Positions 63,401 through 64,000 of a stretch of 64,000 nucleotides of DNA are shown here, piece by piece. Position 1 is the stretch's first letter. The number at the start of each line of letters is the position of its first letter. The DNA is from Camelus dromedarius (Eukaryota): NCBI RefSeq assembly GCF_036321535.1, contig NC_087437.1, forward strand, positions 54,314,001-54,378,000, written 5' to 3'. A model generated the notes under the pieces. It made no database searches, was not told where the DNA came from, and saw only the letters and a program-made list of their open reading frames with translations. A program made the translations under genes and the position numbers.

Positions 63401-64000
63401 TTTTTCTATTTTGTTCTATTCTGTTGTTGTTGTTTTAAAGATTTTGCTTCTACATCTCACAAAGTTCAAAACTTCCACAGTGTTTTGCTTATGCCTCATT
63501 TTCCAGGGTATGTGTCCCTGCAGTAGGACTTTTTTTTTTTCTTTTTTTTAGTCTTATTTCCTTATTTCCTGATCTTTTTCTTCCATCTCTAGAAACATAA
63601 AAGATTTTGCTTCTATATTCACAGGGAATGTTATTCTGTAGTTTATTTGTACTCCGTAGTTTTAATATCAGGGTGATATTATCTTTATAAAATGAATTGA
63701 GGATTATTTCCTCCCCTTTATTTTTTAGTGGATGTGTAAAATTGGTGTTAACTCTTCTTTAAATGTTTGAAATAATTCTTTAGTTAAACCATCTGGGACT
63801 AGAGATTTTGTTTTTGAAAGTTTTTAAAATTATGAATGCAATTTCTGTAATAATTATAGGACTATTCAAATTTATATGTTATATTGGATAAATTGTGGTA
63901 GTTTTTGAAGAATTGGTTTGTTTCACCCAAGTGGTCAAATTTTTGTATTTAGAGTTGCTGCATCTGCCTGGTGTTTAAAGTCTTCTCTATCTAACTCTAA
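60441..64000 (-). mobile_element. Old L1M (L1MC-like) 3' end and degenerate ORF2, running off the window
   Basis: gttgtaagaaataatacggagag tail; acattcccaccagcaatgtatga; ccagcaccatttgtggaaaag; tgaaccagccttgcatc. Confidence 0.92.
62106..62611 (+). mobile_element. MLT1D-like MaLR solo LTR inserted in the L1M
   Basis: tgtggtagacagaataatggcccc ... tttaagccactaagtttg ... gttacagcagaaataggaagctaata; 5-bp TSD actag/actat. Confidence 0.9.

Noticed and set aside
1..64000. CRISPR array, operon or other prokaryotic system
   Set aside because: Mammalian repeat-rich DNA with no regularly spaced direct repeats or gene-dense segments

Overview
Mammalian genomic DNA, very probably camelid (alpaca, llama or camel): it has a tRNA-Ala(AGC)-derived SINE of the Vic-1 type and cetartiodactyl-type L1 3' ends. 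The window looks intronic or intergenic. I recognise no host protein-coding exon, RNA gene or prokaryotic system, and the only recognisable protein-coding remnants are L1 ORF2 C-termini. Much of the sequence is interspersed repeat: many MIRs and L2s, old L1M pieces, seven lineage-specific 5'-truncated L1s (several with visible target-site duplications, TSDs), LTR33, MLT1 LTRs, hAT MITEs (MER3, MER5A, MER63), L4/RTE-X remnants and microsatellites. The best leads are an L1 with a probable 3' transduction, a TSD-flanked orphan insert, nested insertions, motif-dense candidate regulatory elements, a pre-miRNA-sized hairpin beside a YY1/CCAAT pair, and a speculative minus-strand spliced transcript. 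Repeat families were assigned by eye from remembered consensus sequences, so subfamily names and old-repeat boundaries are approximate. I found no convincing novel biological system.
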